From an uncultured delta proteobacterium (GTDB lineage Bacteria; Myxococcota; Myxococcia; Myxococcales; 40CM-4-68-19), in the NCBI GenBank assembly GCA_963792275.1, contig CAWBVQ010000003.1, positions 76,892-140,891 on the forward strand: a stretch of DNA of 64,000 nucleotides, read 5' to 3'. The position numbers were made by a program, and so were the translations under genes. Below, one piece after another: positions 27,155 to 36,543 of this stretch; the first letter of the stretch is position 1, and each line of letters begins with the position of its first letter. The notes beneath the pieces are model-generated. The model ran no database searches. It was given only the letters and a program-made list of their open reading frames with translations, and was not told where the DNA came from.

Positions 27155-28003
27155 ATGCAGGATCCCGCGGCGGAACATCTCAGGTTGCCCCACGCGACGC
27201 TCGAAGCATTGCGCGCGGCGGTGGAGTCGGCGCAGGCCAACCCGGCCTCGCTGCCGCAGCACGCGAACGCCGTCCGCGAGGTGGTGTTCCGCCTCGACCG
27301 CGGCGAGCTTCGGGTGGCGGAAAAGGGGCCGCAGGGCTACGTCATCCACGCCTTCATCCAGGGCGCCATCAACCTCTTCTTCAGCTTGATGCAGAGCGAG
27401 CGCTACGACTGCGGCGATCTCCGCTTCTTCGACAAGGTGCCTCCCAAGCGCGACCTGGGCGACTTCCGCCTGGTGCCGCCCGGCGTGGTCCGCTACGGCG
27501 CGCACGTGGAAAAGGGCGCGGTGGTGATGCCCGGCTACGTCAACATCGGCGCGCGGGTGGGCACGGGCACCATGGTGGACACCTGGGCGACGGTGGGCTC
27601 GTGCGCGCAGGTGGGCCGCTTCGTCCACCTCTCCGGCGGCGTGGGTCTGGGCGGCGTGCTGGAGCCGCCCGGGGCGCGGCCGGTCATCGTCGAGGACGGG
27701 GCCTTCGTCGGCAGCCGCTGCATCGTCGTCGAAGGCGTGCTGGTCGAGCAGGAGGCGGTCCTGGGCGCCGGCGTCGTGCTCACGGCCACCACGCCCATCT
27801 ACGACGTGACCGGGCCAAGCGAACGGCTGATCAAGGGCGTGGTGCCCGCGCGCAGCGTGGTGATCCCCGGCATGCGGCCGCGCAAGTTCCCCGCCGGCGA
27901 GTACCTGACGCCCTGCGCGCTGATCATCGGCGTGCGCAAGCAGAGCACCGACCGCAAGACGTCCTTGAACGCGGCCTTGCGCGACTTCGGGGTGTCGGCC
28001 TGA
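27155..28003 (+). CDS. dapD: 2,3,4,5-tetrahydropyridine-2,6-dicarboxylate N-succinyltransferase
   Basis: Intact. VMPGYVNIGARVGTGTMVDTWATVGSCAQVGRFVHLSGGVGLGGVLEPPGARPVIVEDGAFVGSRCIVVEGV is nearly identical in pattern to E. coli DapD hexapeptide repeats. Confidence 0.9.
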   Translation: MQDPAAEHLRLPHATLEALRAAVESAQANPASLPQHANAVREVVFRLDRGELRVAEKGPQGYVIHAFIQGAINLFFSLMQSERYDCGDLRFFDKVPPKRDLGDFRLVPPGVVRYGAHVEKGAVVMPGYVNIGARVGTGTMVDTWATVGSCAQVGRFVHLSGGVGLGGVLEPPGARPVIVEDGAFVGSRCIVVEGVLVEQEAVLGAGVVLTATTPIYDVTGPSERLIKGVVPARSVVIPGMRPRKFPAGEYLTPCALIIGVRKQSTDRKTSLNAALRDFGVSA

Positions 28004-29049
28004 TGCAGCTCGCGGAGCGCACGCTGCGGCTGTGCGAGATCCGCAGCCCCATCGGCGAGGAAGCGGCGCTCGCCGGCTACGTGGCGGAGGAGACCTCCGG
28101 CGAGCGGGTGGGGAACGCGGTGGTCTGCGGCCGCGTCACCGGCCAGAAGCCCGCGGTCCTCCTCGCCGGCCACCTGGACACGGTTCCGCTACAAGAAGGC
28201 GACTTTCCCGCCCGGCGCGAGGGTGGGCGCGTCCACGGCCGCGGCGCCTCCGACATGAAGGGCGCGCTGGCGGTGATGATCGAGCTGTGGCGCGCGCTGC
28301 CTCGCGGGTCGCTGCCGGTCGACCTGGTGCTGCTCTTCTACGATCGCGAGGAGGGACCCATCGCCGGGAACGGCCTCTTGCCGGTCTTGCAGGCGCGCCC
28401 CGACCTGCGCCGCGCCTCGCTCGCGCTCTGTCTCGAGCCCACCGACCTTGCCCTGCAAGTGGGCTGCTGCGGCTCGTTGCACGCGACGCTCACCTTCGAA
28501 GGACGGAGCGCGCATTCCGCGCGGCCGTGGCAGGGCGACAACGCCATCCACAAGGCGGGCGCGCTGCTCGAGCACCTCCGCGGCCTTGGCCCGCGAGAGG
28601 CGCGCATCGGAGAGCTGTCGTTCCGCGAGGTGTTCACGGTCACGCGCATCGAGGGGTTCACCGGGCGCAACGTGGTGCCGGCGCGCTGCGACCTGAACCT
28701 CAACTTCCGTTTCGCGCCCGGGCGGCCGTTGGCCGAGGCGGAAGCGGAAGTGCTGGCGTTGGCGCGCCGATTCGGGGCCTCCGCCGCCATCACCGATCGC
28801 GCGCCCAGCGGGCCGGTCATCCTCGACAATCCGCTGCTGCAGGAATTCCGCGCGCTCACCGCGGCGCCCGTCGAGCCCAAGCAGGCGTGGACCGACGTCG
28901 CGCAGCTTGCGGCCGCGGGAATCGCAGCCGCCAACTTCGGGCCGGGAGAACAGGCGCAGGCGCACCAGAAGAACGAGAGCTGCGGGGAAGAGGCGCTGCA
29001 GCGCGCGTATTCCATGCTCGAGCGTTTCCTCCGCGGGGCGGCCACGTGA
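28003..29049 (+). CDS. dapE: Succinyl-diaminopimelate desuccinylase (M20 family)
   Basis: The ATG shares one base with the dapD stop (TGATG). LLAGHLDTVP, HGRGASDMKGALAVM, FYDREEG, GRSAHSARPWQGDNAIHKA, PGEQAQAHQKNE. Confidence 0.85.
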   Translation: MQLAERTLRLCEIRSPIGEEAALAGYVAEETSGERVGNAVVCGRVTGQKPAVLLAGHLDTVPLQEGDFPARREGGRVHGRGASDMKGALAVMIELWRALPRGSLPVDLVLLFYDREEGPIAGNGLLPVLQARPDLRRASLALCLEPTDLALQVGCCGSLHATLTFEGRSAHSARPWQGDNAIHKAGALLEHLRGLGPREARIGELSFREVFTVTRIEGFTGRNVVPARCDLNLNFRFAPGRPLAEAEAEVLALARRFGASAAITDRAPSGPVILDNPLLQEFRALTAAPVEPKQAWTDVAQLAAAGIAAANFGPGEQAQAHQKNESCGEEALQRAYSMLERFLRGAAT

Positions 29050-29588
29050 TCGAGGCCTTCGTCGGCCTCGGCTCGAACCTCGGCGACCGCCTGGGAAACC
29101 TGGGCACCGCCGTGGCACTGCTCGCGCGCGAGCCCGGCTTCGTCCTGCGCAGGGTTTCGCTGGCGTACGAGAGCGAGCCCGTGGGCCCGCCGCAGCCGCG
29201 CTACCTGAACGCGGTGGCGCAGATCGGCACGCTGCTCTCGCCGCGCGCCACCCTGCAGCGGCTGCAAGCGGTGGAAGACGCCATGGGCCGCGTCCGCCGC
29301 GAGCGCTGGGGGTCGCGCGAGATCGACCTCGACCTGGTGCTGTACGGCGACCGCGTCCTCCGGGAAACGGGGCTGCAAATCCCGCACCCGCTGCTCGCCG
29401 AGCGGGCGTTCGTGCTGGCTCCGCTCGCCGAGATCGCCCCGGACGCGGTGCATCCCATCCGGCTGCTCACCGCGAGAGCGCTGCTGGAGGCGTTGCCGCC
29501 GCAGGAGCGCGCAGGCGTCGCGGCCTTTCGTGCCATCCGCCCGCCGGTGCCGCAGGCGGAGGGCGAGGAGGAGCCGCAGCAGCCCTGA
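29046..29588 (+). CDS. folK: 2-amino-4-hydroxy-6-hydroxymethyldihydropteridine diphosphokinase
   Basis: The GTG overlaps the dapE stop (GTGA). AFVGLGSNLGDR, VSLAYESEPVGPPQPRYLNAV, WGSREIDLDLVLYGD, IPHPLLAERAFVLAPLAEI. Confidence 0.85.
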   Translation: MIEAFVGLGSNLGDRLGNLGTAVALLAREPGFVLRRVSLAYESEPVGPPQPRYLNAVAQIGTLLSPRATLQRLQAVEDAMGRVRRERWGSREIDLDLVLYGDRVLRETGLQIPHPLLAERAFVLAPLAEIAPDAVHPIRLLTARALLEALPPQERAGVAAFRAIRPPVPQAEGEEEPQQP

Positions 29589-29589
29589 C

Positions 29590-30804
29590 ATGGTAGATCC
29601 GCGCGCGATGAAGCGCCTCGCGCTCGCCGCCGTCCTTTCACTCGTCGCTTGCAAGCCGTCGCAGCGCACGCCGCCTCGCGCAGCCGCCGCGGACGCGGGG
29701 CCGGGCACGAGCGATCCCAGGGCGCTGATGGCCGAGGTGGACCGGCTGCGCGACCAGCTCGAGGACAAGCCGAAGAGCTTCGAGGTGCTCTCGGCGCTGG
29801 GCACCCTCTACTACCAGTACGGCCGCTACCTCGAGGCGGTGGACACGCTCCGCCAGGCCGAGGAGATGGCGGCGCCCGCCGAAGAGAGGGCGGACGCGCT
29901 CCGCAAGAGGGGAGTGAAGCCGGCCGCGGACCTGCCGCCGGAGTGCCGCCGCAGCGGCCCCGACCATGGGCTGGCGCAGATCGCCGCGGCGGCGAAGAAG
30001 CTCGACCCGCCCCGGGAATTGCGCTGCCTGGAGAGCGCGTTGGAGATGGCGCTCGCCGACCGCGCGCGGCGGGGAAACAGCTTCTACCTGATCGGCAACG
30101 CCGGGTCCGCGCTCGCCGAGCACCGCAAGGTCCTCGAGCGCGCGCCCGACTATCCCGAGTCGCTCTTCTTCGTCGGCGCCATCCAGATCGAGCAGTCCAA
30201 CGGCGACAAGAAGATGCTGGCGGAGGGCAAGAAGAAGTGGAAGCGCCTGCTCGAGGTGGCGCCAGACTCGCCTCGCGCGCCGCTCGTGCGCGACACCCTT
30301 CCCAAGGCCGACGAGCTCTTCAAGGCGCGGCCGGAGGGTCCCGCCGCACAGGCCAGGGCCGCGCCTCCTTCCGGCGAGCCCACGGCCGAGGAGATGAAGA
30401 ACGTCGCGGAGGCGGTGCAAAACACGGAGCGCACGCCGGAGCTGGAGAAGGGGCTCGATCAGCTCCTCTCGGAAGGCGAGCGCGACCTCGACCAGGGCAA
30501 GTACCAGGAGGCGCGCGACGCGGTGGTGCGGGTGATGCCGATGCGCCCCAACGACGCGCGCGCCGCGGCCGCCCTGGGCGGGGCCATGCGCGGGCTGGGA
30601 CGCATGGAGATGGCGCGGCGGACGCTGGCGCGCGCGCTGGAGCTCAACCCCACGCAGCCGCGCGCCGTCTACGAGATGGCCAGGCTGCAGGCGCAAGAGG
30701 GCGAAAAGGCGGCCGCGGCGCAGACCTTCGCGCAGCTCAAGAGCCTGGACCCGCAGTTCGCCAGCGCCCACAAGGTGGACGAGGAGCTGGCGAAGCTCCG
30801 CTGA
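29590..30804 (+). CDS. TPR-repeat lipoprotein
   Basis: MKRLALAAVLSLVACKPSQ has a signal peptide plus lipobox. Repeated TPR-like helices follow (ALGTLYYQYGRYLEAVDTLRQA; QGKYQEARDAVVRVMPMRPNDARAAAALGGAM; ARALELNPTQPRAVYEMARLQAQEG). ATG 29590; ATG 29608 is an alternative. Confidence 0.7.
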   Translation: MVDPRAMKRLALAAVLSLVACKPSQRTPPRAAAADAGPGTSDPRALMAEVDRLRDQLEDKPKSFEVLSALGTLYYQYGRYLEAVDTLRQAEEMAAPAEERADALRKRGVKPAADLPPECRRSGPDHGLAQIAAAAKKLDPPRELRCLESALEMALADRARRGNSFYLIGNAGSALAEHRKVLERAPDYPESLFFVGAIQIEQSNGDKKMLAEGKKKWKRLLEVAPDSPRAPLVRDTLPKADELFKARPEGPAAQARAAPPSGEPTAEEMKNVAEAVQNTERTPELEKGLDQLLSEGERDLDQGKYQEARDAVVRVMPMRPNDARAAAALGGAMRGLGRMEMARRTLARALELNPTQPRAVYEMARLQAQEGEKAAAAQTFAQLKSLDPQFASAHKVDEELAKLR

Positions 30805-30890
30805 AAGACGCTCGGCCCCTCCTGGCGGGCAGGCTGCCGGGCGCGACGACCGTTGGATGCGCAGTGTGCGTGCAGGAGGTGTGACGGACA

Positions 30891-31502
30891 ATGGATGCGA
30901 CCGCATTGCTGCAGCGCGATCACGAGGCCGTGGAGCAACTCTTCCGCCAGTTCGAGAAGCTGACCGACCGCGCGCACAAATCGAAGGAGAAGATCGTCCT
31001 GAAGGTCATCCGCGAGCTCGCGGTTCACTCCGCGGTGGAGGAGATGCTCTTCTATCCGGCCGTCCGCACCGCGGGCCTCAAGGCCGACACGCGCGCGGGA
31101 GGGCAGGCCTCGGAGACGGTGCTCGAGTCGCTGGAGGAGCACCACATCGTCAAGTGGACCCTGTCCGAGCTGGAGACGATGAAGCCCGACCACGAGCGCT
31201 ACGACGCCAAGATGAAGGTGCTGATGGAGAGCGTCAGGCACCACGTCAAGGAGGAGCAGGACGAGCTCTTCCCCAAGGCGCGCCGGCTGCTCGGCCAGAA
31301 GGTCTTGCAGGAGCTGGGCGCGCGGATGGAGAAGGCGAAGAAGCTGGCGCCGACCCGGCCGCACCCGCGTGCTCCCGACCAGCCGCCGGGAAACATGGTG
31401 GCGGGAACCATGGCGGCGATGATGGACCGGGCGAAGGACCTGGTGCGCGACGGCGCGGAGAAGATGCTGGCGCGCCGCCGCAGGCCGGAAGCGAACGCGT
31501 AA
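30891..31502 (+). CDS. Hemerythrin (HHE cation-binding) domain protein
   Basis: MDATALLQRDHEAVEQLFRQFE...VIRELAVHSAVEEMLFYPAV...LEEHHIVKWTLSELE...ESVRHHVKEEQDELFPKA shows the typical HHE pattern. Confidence 0.8.
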   Translation: MDATALLQRDHEAVEQLFRQFEKLTDRAHKSKEKIVLKVIRELAVHSAVEEMLFYPAVRTAGLKADTRAGGQASETVLESLEEHHIVKWTLSELETMKPDHERYDAKMKVLMESVRHHVKEEQDELFPKARRLLGQKVLQELGARMEKAKKLAPTRPHPRAPDQPPGNMVAGTMAAMMDRAKDLVRDGAEKMLARRRRPEANA

Positions 31503-31517
31503 GGGTCGGGGGCGCGT

Positions 31518-32243
31518 TCACCCAATCACCTCGTCGAGCGCGGCATTGAGCGCGGCCGGGTCGTCGAGCATCAGCCAATGGGAGACGCCGGGGATGGTGC
31601 GCCGCTGCACGCCTTCCAGGCGGTAGGCCATGAACGGGTTCTCCGTTCCCTCCGCGTCGATGGCGAACTTCGGCCCGGAAAAGCGCGCGAGCGAGGCCGC
31701 AGGGGCGGAGGCCGCAAACGAGCTGCGCAGCGCGGCGAAGGCGGGCACGTCCATCTTCGCCACCGACTCCAGCACCTGCCGGCGCGTGTCGGGCCTCGCC
31801 ACCGGGCCGACCATCTCGTCGAACCACTCCTGCAGCTTCTGCGGCGTGGCGCCCTGGTCGTGCTTGCGGAACCATTCCTTCATGTCCTCGGGAGCGCCGC
31901 TGTAGTCGCCCACCGCGTCCACGTAGACGAGGCCGAGGAGCTTGTAGGGGACGCGCCCGGCGAATTCGGAGAGCACCGCTCCGGCCAGGCTATGGCCGAC
32001 CAGCCAGAATTTCGGCAGCGCGAGCCGGGCGGCGAGGCCGTTCAGGTCCTCCGCCAGCGCCGCGACGGTGTACTCCGCCGCGTGGGGCGATCTTCCGTGG
32101 CCGCGCGCGTCGAAGGCGACCACGCGGTGCTTCTTGCGCAGGTGCTCAATCTGCGCGCTCCACACCGTCGCGTCGCAGCCGAGCCCGTGGTGCAGGACCA
32201 CCGGGACGCCGCTTCCGCCGGTGTCCTCGACGTGAAGGTTCAT
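31518..32243 (-). CDS. Alpha/beta-fold hydrolase
   Basis: PVVLHHGLGCDATVW...VVAFDARGHGRS, the nucleophile elbow LVGHSLAG, and ...IPGVSHWLMLDDP. The ATG overlaps the aldolase stop (ATGA). Confidence 0.8.
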   Translation of the reverse strand: MNLHVEDTGGSGVPVVLHHGLGCDATVWSAQIEHLRKKHRVVAFDARGHGRSPHAAEYTVAALAEDLNGLAARLALPKFWLVGHSLAGAVLSEFAGRVPYKLLGLVYVDAVGDYSGAPEDMKEWFRKHDQGATPQKLQEWFDEMVGPVARPDTRRQVLESVAKMDVPAFAALRSSFAASAPAASLARFSGPKFAIDAEGTENPFMAYRLEGVQRRTIPGVSHWLMLDDPAALNAALDEVIG

Positions 32244-32935
32244 CGGTCGTCCTCCCCAGGGCCCGGCTCTCCGAGCCGCTTCAGATTCGCTTCGCGCTGC
32301 GCCGCCAGCGCGTCCCGCTCCGCGCGCGGCAGCGCTGAAGGCGGCCGCCGCAACGACGCGAGAAGCTGCACGCGCGCAACGCCCTCCAGCATCTCCATCT
32401 TGTCGCAGGCGTCGTAGGGCGCCCGCTGCCCGAACCCCATCGCCAGGGCCCCGTGCCGCTCCAGGAGCACGCAGTGGGCCGCCGTTAGGAATGGCCTCAC
32501 CGCTTGCGCCACGCGCTCGGTTCCCGGGGTGGCATAGCGCGCCGTCGGCACCTCGCCGAGCGCCGTGACCGCCTCGGGCATGCAGGCCATCAGCTCCTCC
32601 TCCGCGAGCGTCAGCGCCACCGCGTGCGGCGGGTGCGCATGCACCACGGCCAGGCAATCCTCCCGCTCCTGGTAGCAGGCGAGGTGCAGCAGGATCTCGG
32701 AAGACGGGCGCCGCCGCGGGTCCAAGGACTTGCCCGAGATGTCGGTGACCACCAGCTGGTCCTCGGAGAGGAAGCCCTTGTTCACGCCGGCGGGCGTGCA
32801 GAGCAGCCGCTCCGGCCCCAGCCGGCAGGAGAGGTTCCCTTCGCCGCCGTTGATCAGCTGCCGCGCGTAGAGGCGCCGGCCAACCTCGACCAGAGCCAGC
32901 CGCGCGGGACCTTCGCCCGGGTACTCGATGGCCAC
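32240..32935 (-). CDS. Class II aldolase/adducin-family protein
   Basis: GGEGNLSCRL, LLCTPAGVNKGFL, RPSSEILLHLACY, AVVHAHPPHAVALT, LLERHGALAMG. The GTG start at 32935 is tentative because no ATG is in frame. Confidence 0.75.
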   Translation of the reverse strand: MAIEYPGEGPARLALVEVGRRLYARQLINGGEGNLSCRLGPERLLCTPAGVNKGFLSEDQLVVTDISGKSLDPRRRPSSEILLHLACYQEREDCLAVVHAHPPHAVALTLAEEELMACMPEAVTALGEVPTARYATPGTERVAQAVRPFLTAAHCVLLERHGALAMGFGQRAPYDACDKMEMLEGVARVQLLASLRRPPSALPRAERDALAAQREANLKRLGEPGPGEDDR

Positions 32936-32994
32936 GAGCGCCTGACTACAACAAGACCGCACGCCTTCATAGCTTCGCTTCCAGGAGCGAAAGG

Positions 32995-34012
32995 TCAGCC
33001 GAGGAGGCGGGCGGCGAGCAGGTCCTGCACGTCCAGGAGTCCCACCGGACGGCCATCGACGTCCACCACCGGAAGTTGGTCCACCTGGGTGTTGCGGAGG
33101 ATCTCCGCTGCCGTCTGCGCCAGGTCGTCTGCGGCCACGGTGCGCGGGCTCTTGCCCATGACCGAGGAGACGGCGCGGCTGAAATCCACCTCGCCCCGCT
33201 GCACCAGCCTGCGCAGAATCGCCGTCGGTGAAGATGCCCACCAGCCTGCCCTGCGCGTCCACCACGCTGGCGGCGCCCGGCCGCCCTTCGGTGCGCGTCA
33301 TCACCGCCGCCGTCTCGCGCAGGGAGGAACTGGAGGGCACGGTGGGGTTCCGCTCGCCGGTGCGCATCACGTCGCGCACGCGCAGCAGTTGCCGGCCCAG
33401 GCTGCCGCCGGGATGCAGCGAGGCGAACTGCTCCGGCGAGAACCCGCGGCGGTGCTGCACGGCCATGGCCAGGGCATCGCCCATGGCGAGGAGCGCCACC
33501 GTGGATGCAGTTGGCGCAAGGCCCAGCGGACACGCCTCGGGCACCGGCCCGATCTCCAGCACCACGTCCGCCTGGTCCGCGAGCGAGTTGCGCGGTCCGG
33601 AGGTCATCGCCACGATGGGCGCGCCGAGCCTGCGCAGCGACGGCATCAGGCGCAGGATCTCGTCCGTCTCGCCGCTGTTCGAGAGCGCCAACACGAGATC
33701 TCCGGGCACCAGGCGCCCGAGATCGCCGTGCAGCGCCTCGGCCGGATGGAGGTAGAGCGAAGGAGTGCCGGTGGAAGCGAAGGTGGCGGAGATCTTCTGC
33801 GCGATGAAGCCGGGCTTGCCCATGCCGGTCACCACCACGCGCCCCGGGCAGGCGAGTACCATCTCCACGGCACGCGCGAAGTGTCCGTTGAGGCGTCCGG
33901 CGAGTTGCGCCACCGCATCGGCTTCGGCGCGGATCACCTGCCGCGCATGCTCCAGGATGTCCTGCTTGGGGACATTGTCGGGCACCGGGCTGAGTCGTCT
34001 GCGGGTCGCCAT
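32995..34012 (-). pseudogene. kpsF: Arabinose-5-phosphate isomerase (SIS + CBS); frame break near 33220
   Basis: GRVVVTGMGKPGFIAQKISATFASTGTPSLYLHPAEALHGDLG...LALSNSGETDE...LGLAPTASTVALLAMGDALA...LHPGGSLGRQLL. The first CBS domain follows. After the shift it reads LRRLVQRGEVDFSRAVSSVMGKSPRTV...QLPVVDVDGRPVGLLDVQDLL*. Confidence 0.85.
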
Positions 34013-34085
34013 TGCGTTGTCGCGCGCGGTCAGTACCACGTTCCGGGGCGCCGCGTCATCCCGCCGCAACCGGCAAGAACATCTC

Positions 34086-34131
34086 TTGACGCGCCGCGCC
34101 CGAGGCCCTATCTGAATGAGCCCTCATTCAG
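34086..34131 (+). promoter_or_regulatory. Putative sigma70-type promoter plus palindromic TetR operator upstream of the TetR-etfBA unit
   Basis: TTGACG (34086-34091), 17 nt, TATCTG (34109-34114). It overlaps the inverted repeat CTGAATGAG-cc-CTCATTCAG (34112-34131), which has perfect 9-bp arms and ends 10 nt before ATG 34142. Confidence 0.4.
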
Positions 34132-34141
34132 CCGGACATCC

Positions 34142-34789
34142 ATGGGCAAGACCCGGCTGCTGCGGAGATCGGCCACGGTGCAGGCGCGCGACAACAAGAC
34201 CGCCGACAAGCGCGGGCGCATCCTCGACGCGGCGATCAAGACCTTCGCCGAGCGCGGGTTCCACACCTCGACGGTGGCGGAGATCGCGCGCGCGGCCGGC
34301 GTCGCCGACGGGACCATCTATCTGTACTTCAAGGGCAAGGAAGACCTCCTGCTCCGGCTCTTCGACGAGAAGATGACCGAGCTCACCGCGCAGGCCCGGG
34401 CGGAGGTCGAGGGTCAGCGCACCGCGCCGGAGAAGCTGCGCCGCTTCATCCAGCTCCACCTCTCGCTGGTGGAGCGCAACCCCGATCTCGCTTCCGTGCT
34501 GATCGTGGAGCTGAGGCAGAGCGCGCAGTTCCTCAGGGCGGCCGACCGCAACAAGCTGGCCGCCTACGCGGACGTCATCGCCGAAGTGGTGAGAGCCGGA
34601 CAGGAGAGCGGAGAGCTGGACTCTGCCATCTCGCCCGGCACGGTGAAGCGGGCCATCTTCGGCGCGCTCGACGAGCTGGCGCTGGCGTGGCTGGTGAGCG
34701 GCCGCAGGACACCCCTGAAGAAGACCGCGGCCGAGGTCGCGGAGTGGTTCGTGCGCGGGCTCTTGCCCGCAGATGGAGGCAGGTCTTGA
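34142..34789 (+). CDS. TetR/AcrR-family transcriptional regulator
   Basis: RILDAAIKTFAERGFHTSTVAEIARAAGVADGTIYLYFKGKEDLL is a canonical TetR HTH. Its stop overlaps the etfB TTG start. Confidence 0.85.
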   Translation: MGKTRLLRRSATVQARDNKTADKRGRILDAAIKTFAERGFHTSTVAEIARAAGVADGTIYLYFKGKEDLLLRLFDEKMTELTAQARAEVEGQRTAPEKLRRFIQLHLSLVERNPDLASVLIVELRQSAQFLRAADRNKLAAYADVIAEVVRAGQESGELDSAISPGTVKRAIFGALDELALAWLVSGRRTPLKKTAAEVAEWFVRGLLPADGGRS

Positions 34790-35588
34790 AGATCCTGGTC
34801 ACGGTCAAACGCGTGGAAGACTACGAGTCGAAGATCAAGGTGAAGCCGGACAACACCTGGATCGTCACCGAGGGCGTGAACTACCGCGCCAATCCCTTCG
34901 ACGAGATCGCCGTGGAGGAAGGCCTGCGCCTGCGCGACGCCAATGCTCCCTCCGAAGTGGTGGCGGTCAGCATCGGCAGCGGCGCGGCGCAGGCGGAGCT
35001 CCGCTCGGCCCTGGCGATGGGCGCCGACCGCGGGATCCTGGTCAAGCACGACGGCTTCCTCGATTCCGACGCGGTGGCGCGGCTCCTCGAGAAAGTGGTC
35101 GAGAAGGAGAAGCCCGACCTGGTGCTGATGGGCAAGCAGGCGGTGGACGTGGACGACAACGTCACCGGCCAGCTCCTCGCCGAATACCTCGGCTGGGGAC
35201 AGGCCACCTTCGCGTCCAAGAAGGAATCGCTGGAGAGCGCCGGAGGAGAAGGCGAAGAAGCCGGGTCTGCGGCTGGGCGCGGACAAGCGCTCCGTGCAGG
35301 TGGTGCGCGAGGTGGACGGCGGCGTGGAGACCCTGGAGCTGCAGCTGCCCGCGCTCGTCACCGTCGACCTGCGCCTGAACGTGCCCCGCTACGCGAGCCT
35401 GCCCAACATCATGAAGGCGAAGAAGAAGCCCATCGAGGAGCTGGCGCCCGCGGCGCTCGGCGTCGACGTGAGCCCCAAGGTGAAGGTGGTGCGCGTGGAG
35501 GCGCCGCCGGCGCGCGGCCGCGGGAGTGAAGGTTCCCGACGTGGCCACCCTGGTGAAGAAGCTCCACGAGGAAGCGAAGGTGATCTGA
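34786..35588 (+). pseudogene. etfB: Electron transfer flavoprotein beta subunit; frame breaks near 35240 and 35516
   Basis: KILVTVKRVEDYESKIKVKPD...NPFDEIAVEEGLRL...VVAVSIG...ALAMGADRGILV...[27 protein letters not shown]. After shift 1 it reads [66 protein letters not shown]. After shift 2 it reads [23 protein letters not shown]. Confidence 0.9.
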
Positions 35589-35589
35589 A

Positions 35590-36543
35590 ATGGCGACCAT
35601 TCTCGTCGTCGCGGAGCAGGCGCACGGGCACCTCAAGAAGGCCACGCTGAGCGCGCTGACGGCCGCGCAGCAGCTGGCGCAGAAGAACGGCGCCGACGCT
35701 GCAGGGCGTGGCCATCGGGCCCGGCTCGCAACAGGCCGCCCAGGAGCTGGCGGCGTACCTGGGCACCGTCTACGCCGTGGAAGGCGCGGGGTTCGAGCAC
35801 GCCCTCGCCGAGACGCACGCGGCGGCCGCGGCCGAGGCGGCGAAGAAGGCGGGCGCAACGCGACGTGGTCGTCGCCGCCACCGCCTACGGCAAGGACATC
35901 TGCCCCGCGCATCGCCGGCAAGCTCGGAGCGGGCGTCGCTTCCGACATCGTGGGCGTGGTGAGCGCCAACCAGTTCAAGCGCGCCATGTGGGCGGGCAAC
36001 GCCATCGCCACCGTGGAGGTGACCACGCCGGTGAAGGTGATCTCCGTGCGCGCCACCGAGTTCGCCGCCGCGCAGAAGGCCGCCTCGGCGGGCAGCGTGC
36101 AGGCGCTGAGCGTGCAGGCGCCGGCGGCGAAGACGAAGTTCCTCGAGTTCAACGAGGTGAAGAGCGCGCGGCCGGAGCTGACCGAGGCATCGGCGGTGGT
36201 CTCCGGCGGCCGCGGCACCAAGGGCGACTTCAAGGCCATCGAGGCCCTGGCGGACGTGCTCGGCGCCGCCGTGGGCGCCTCCCGCGCGGTGGTGGACGCC
36301 GGCTGGCAGCCCAACGACCTCCAGGTCGGCCAGACCGGCAAGGTGGTGGCGCCCAAGCTCTACATCGCCGCCGGCATCTCGGGCGCCATCCAGCACCTCG
36401 CCGGCATGAAGGGGTCGAAGACCATCGTCGCCGTGAACAAGGACGCGGAGGCGCCCATCTTCCAGGTGGCCGACTACGGCCTCGTCGCCGACCTCTTCAA
36501 GGCGCTGCCCGAGCTGACCGAAGAAGTGAAAAAGCTGAAGTGA
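35590..36543 (+). pseudogene. etfA: Electron transfer flavoprotein alpha subunit; three +1 frame breaks near 35695, 35860 and 35903 (net in-frame)
   Basis: [34 protein letters not shown] / [55 protein letters not shown] / [15 protein letters not shown] / [17 protein letters not shown]...[10 protein letters not shown]...[20 protein letters not shown]...[30 protein letters not shown]...IVAVNKD. Confidence 0.9.

Noticed and set aside
24419-28003. A 1194-aa ORF that looks like a giant DapB-FAH-aminotransferase-DapD fusion protein
   Set aside because: It arises because four consecutive genes happen to share a frame and their true stops lie in other frames after indels. Each component has its own start codon coupled to the previous stop. 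The stretches between them translate to Arg/Gly/Pro-rich nonsense.
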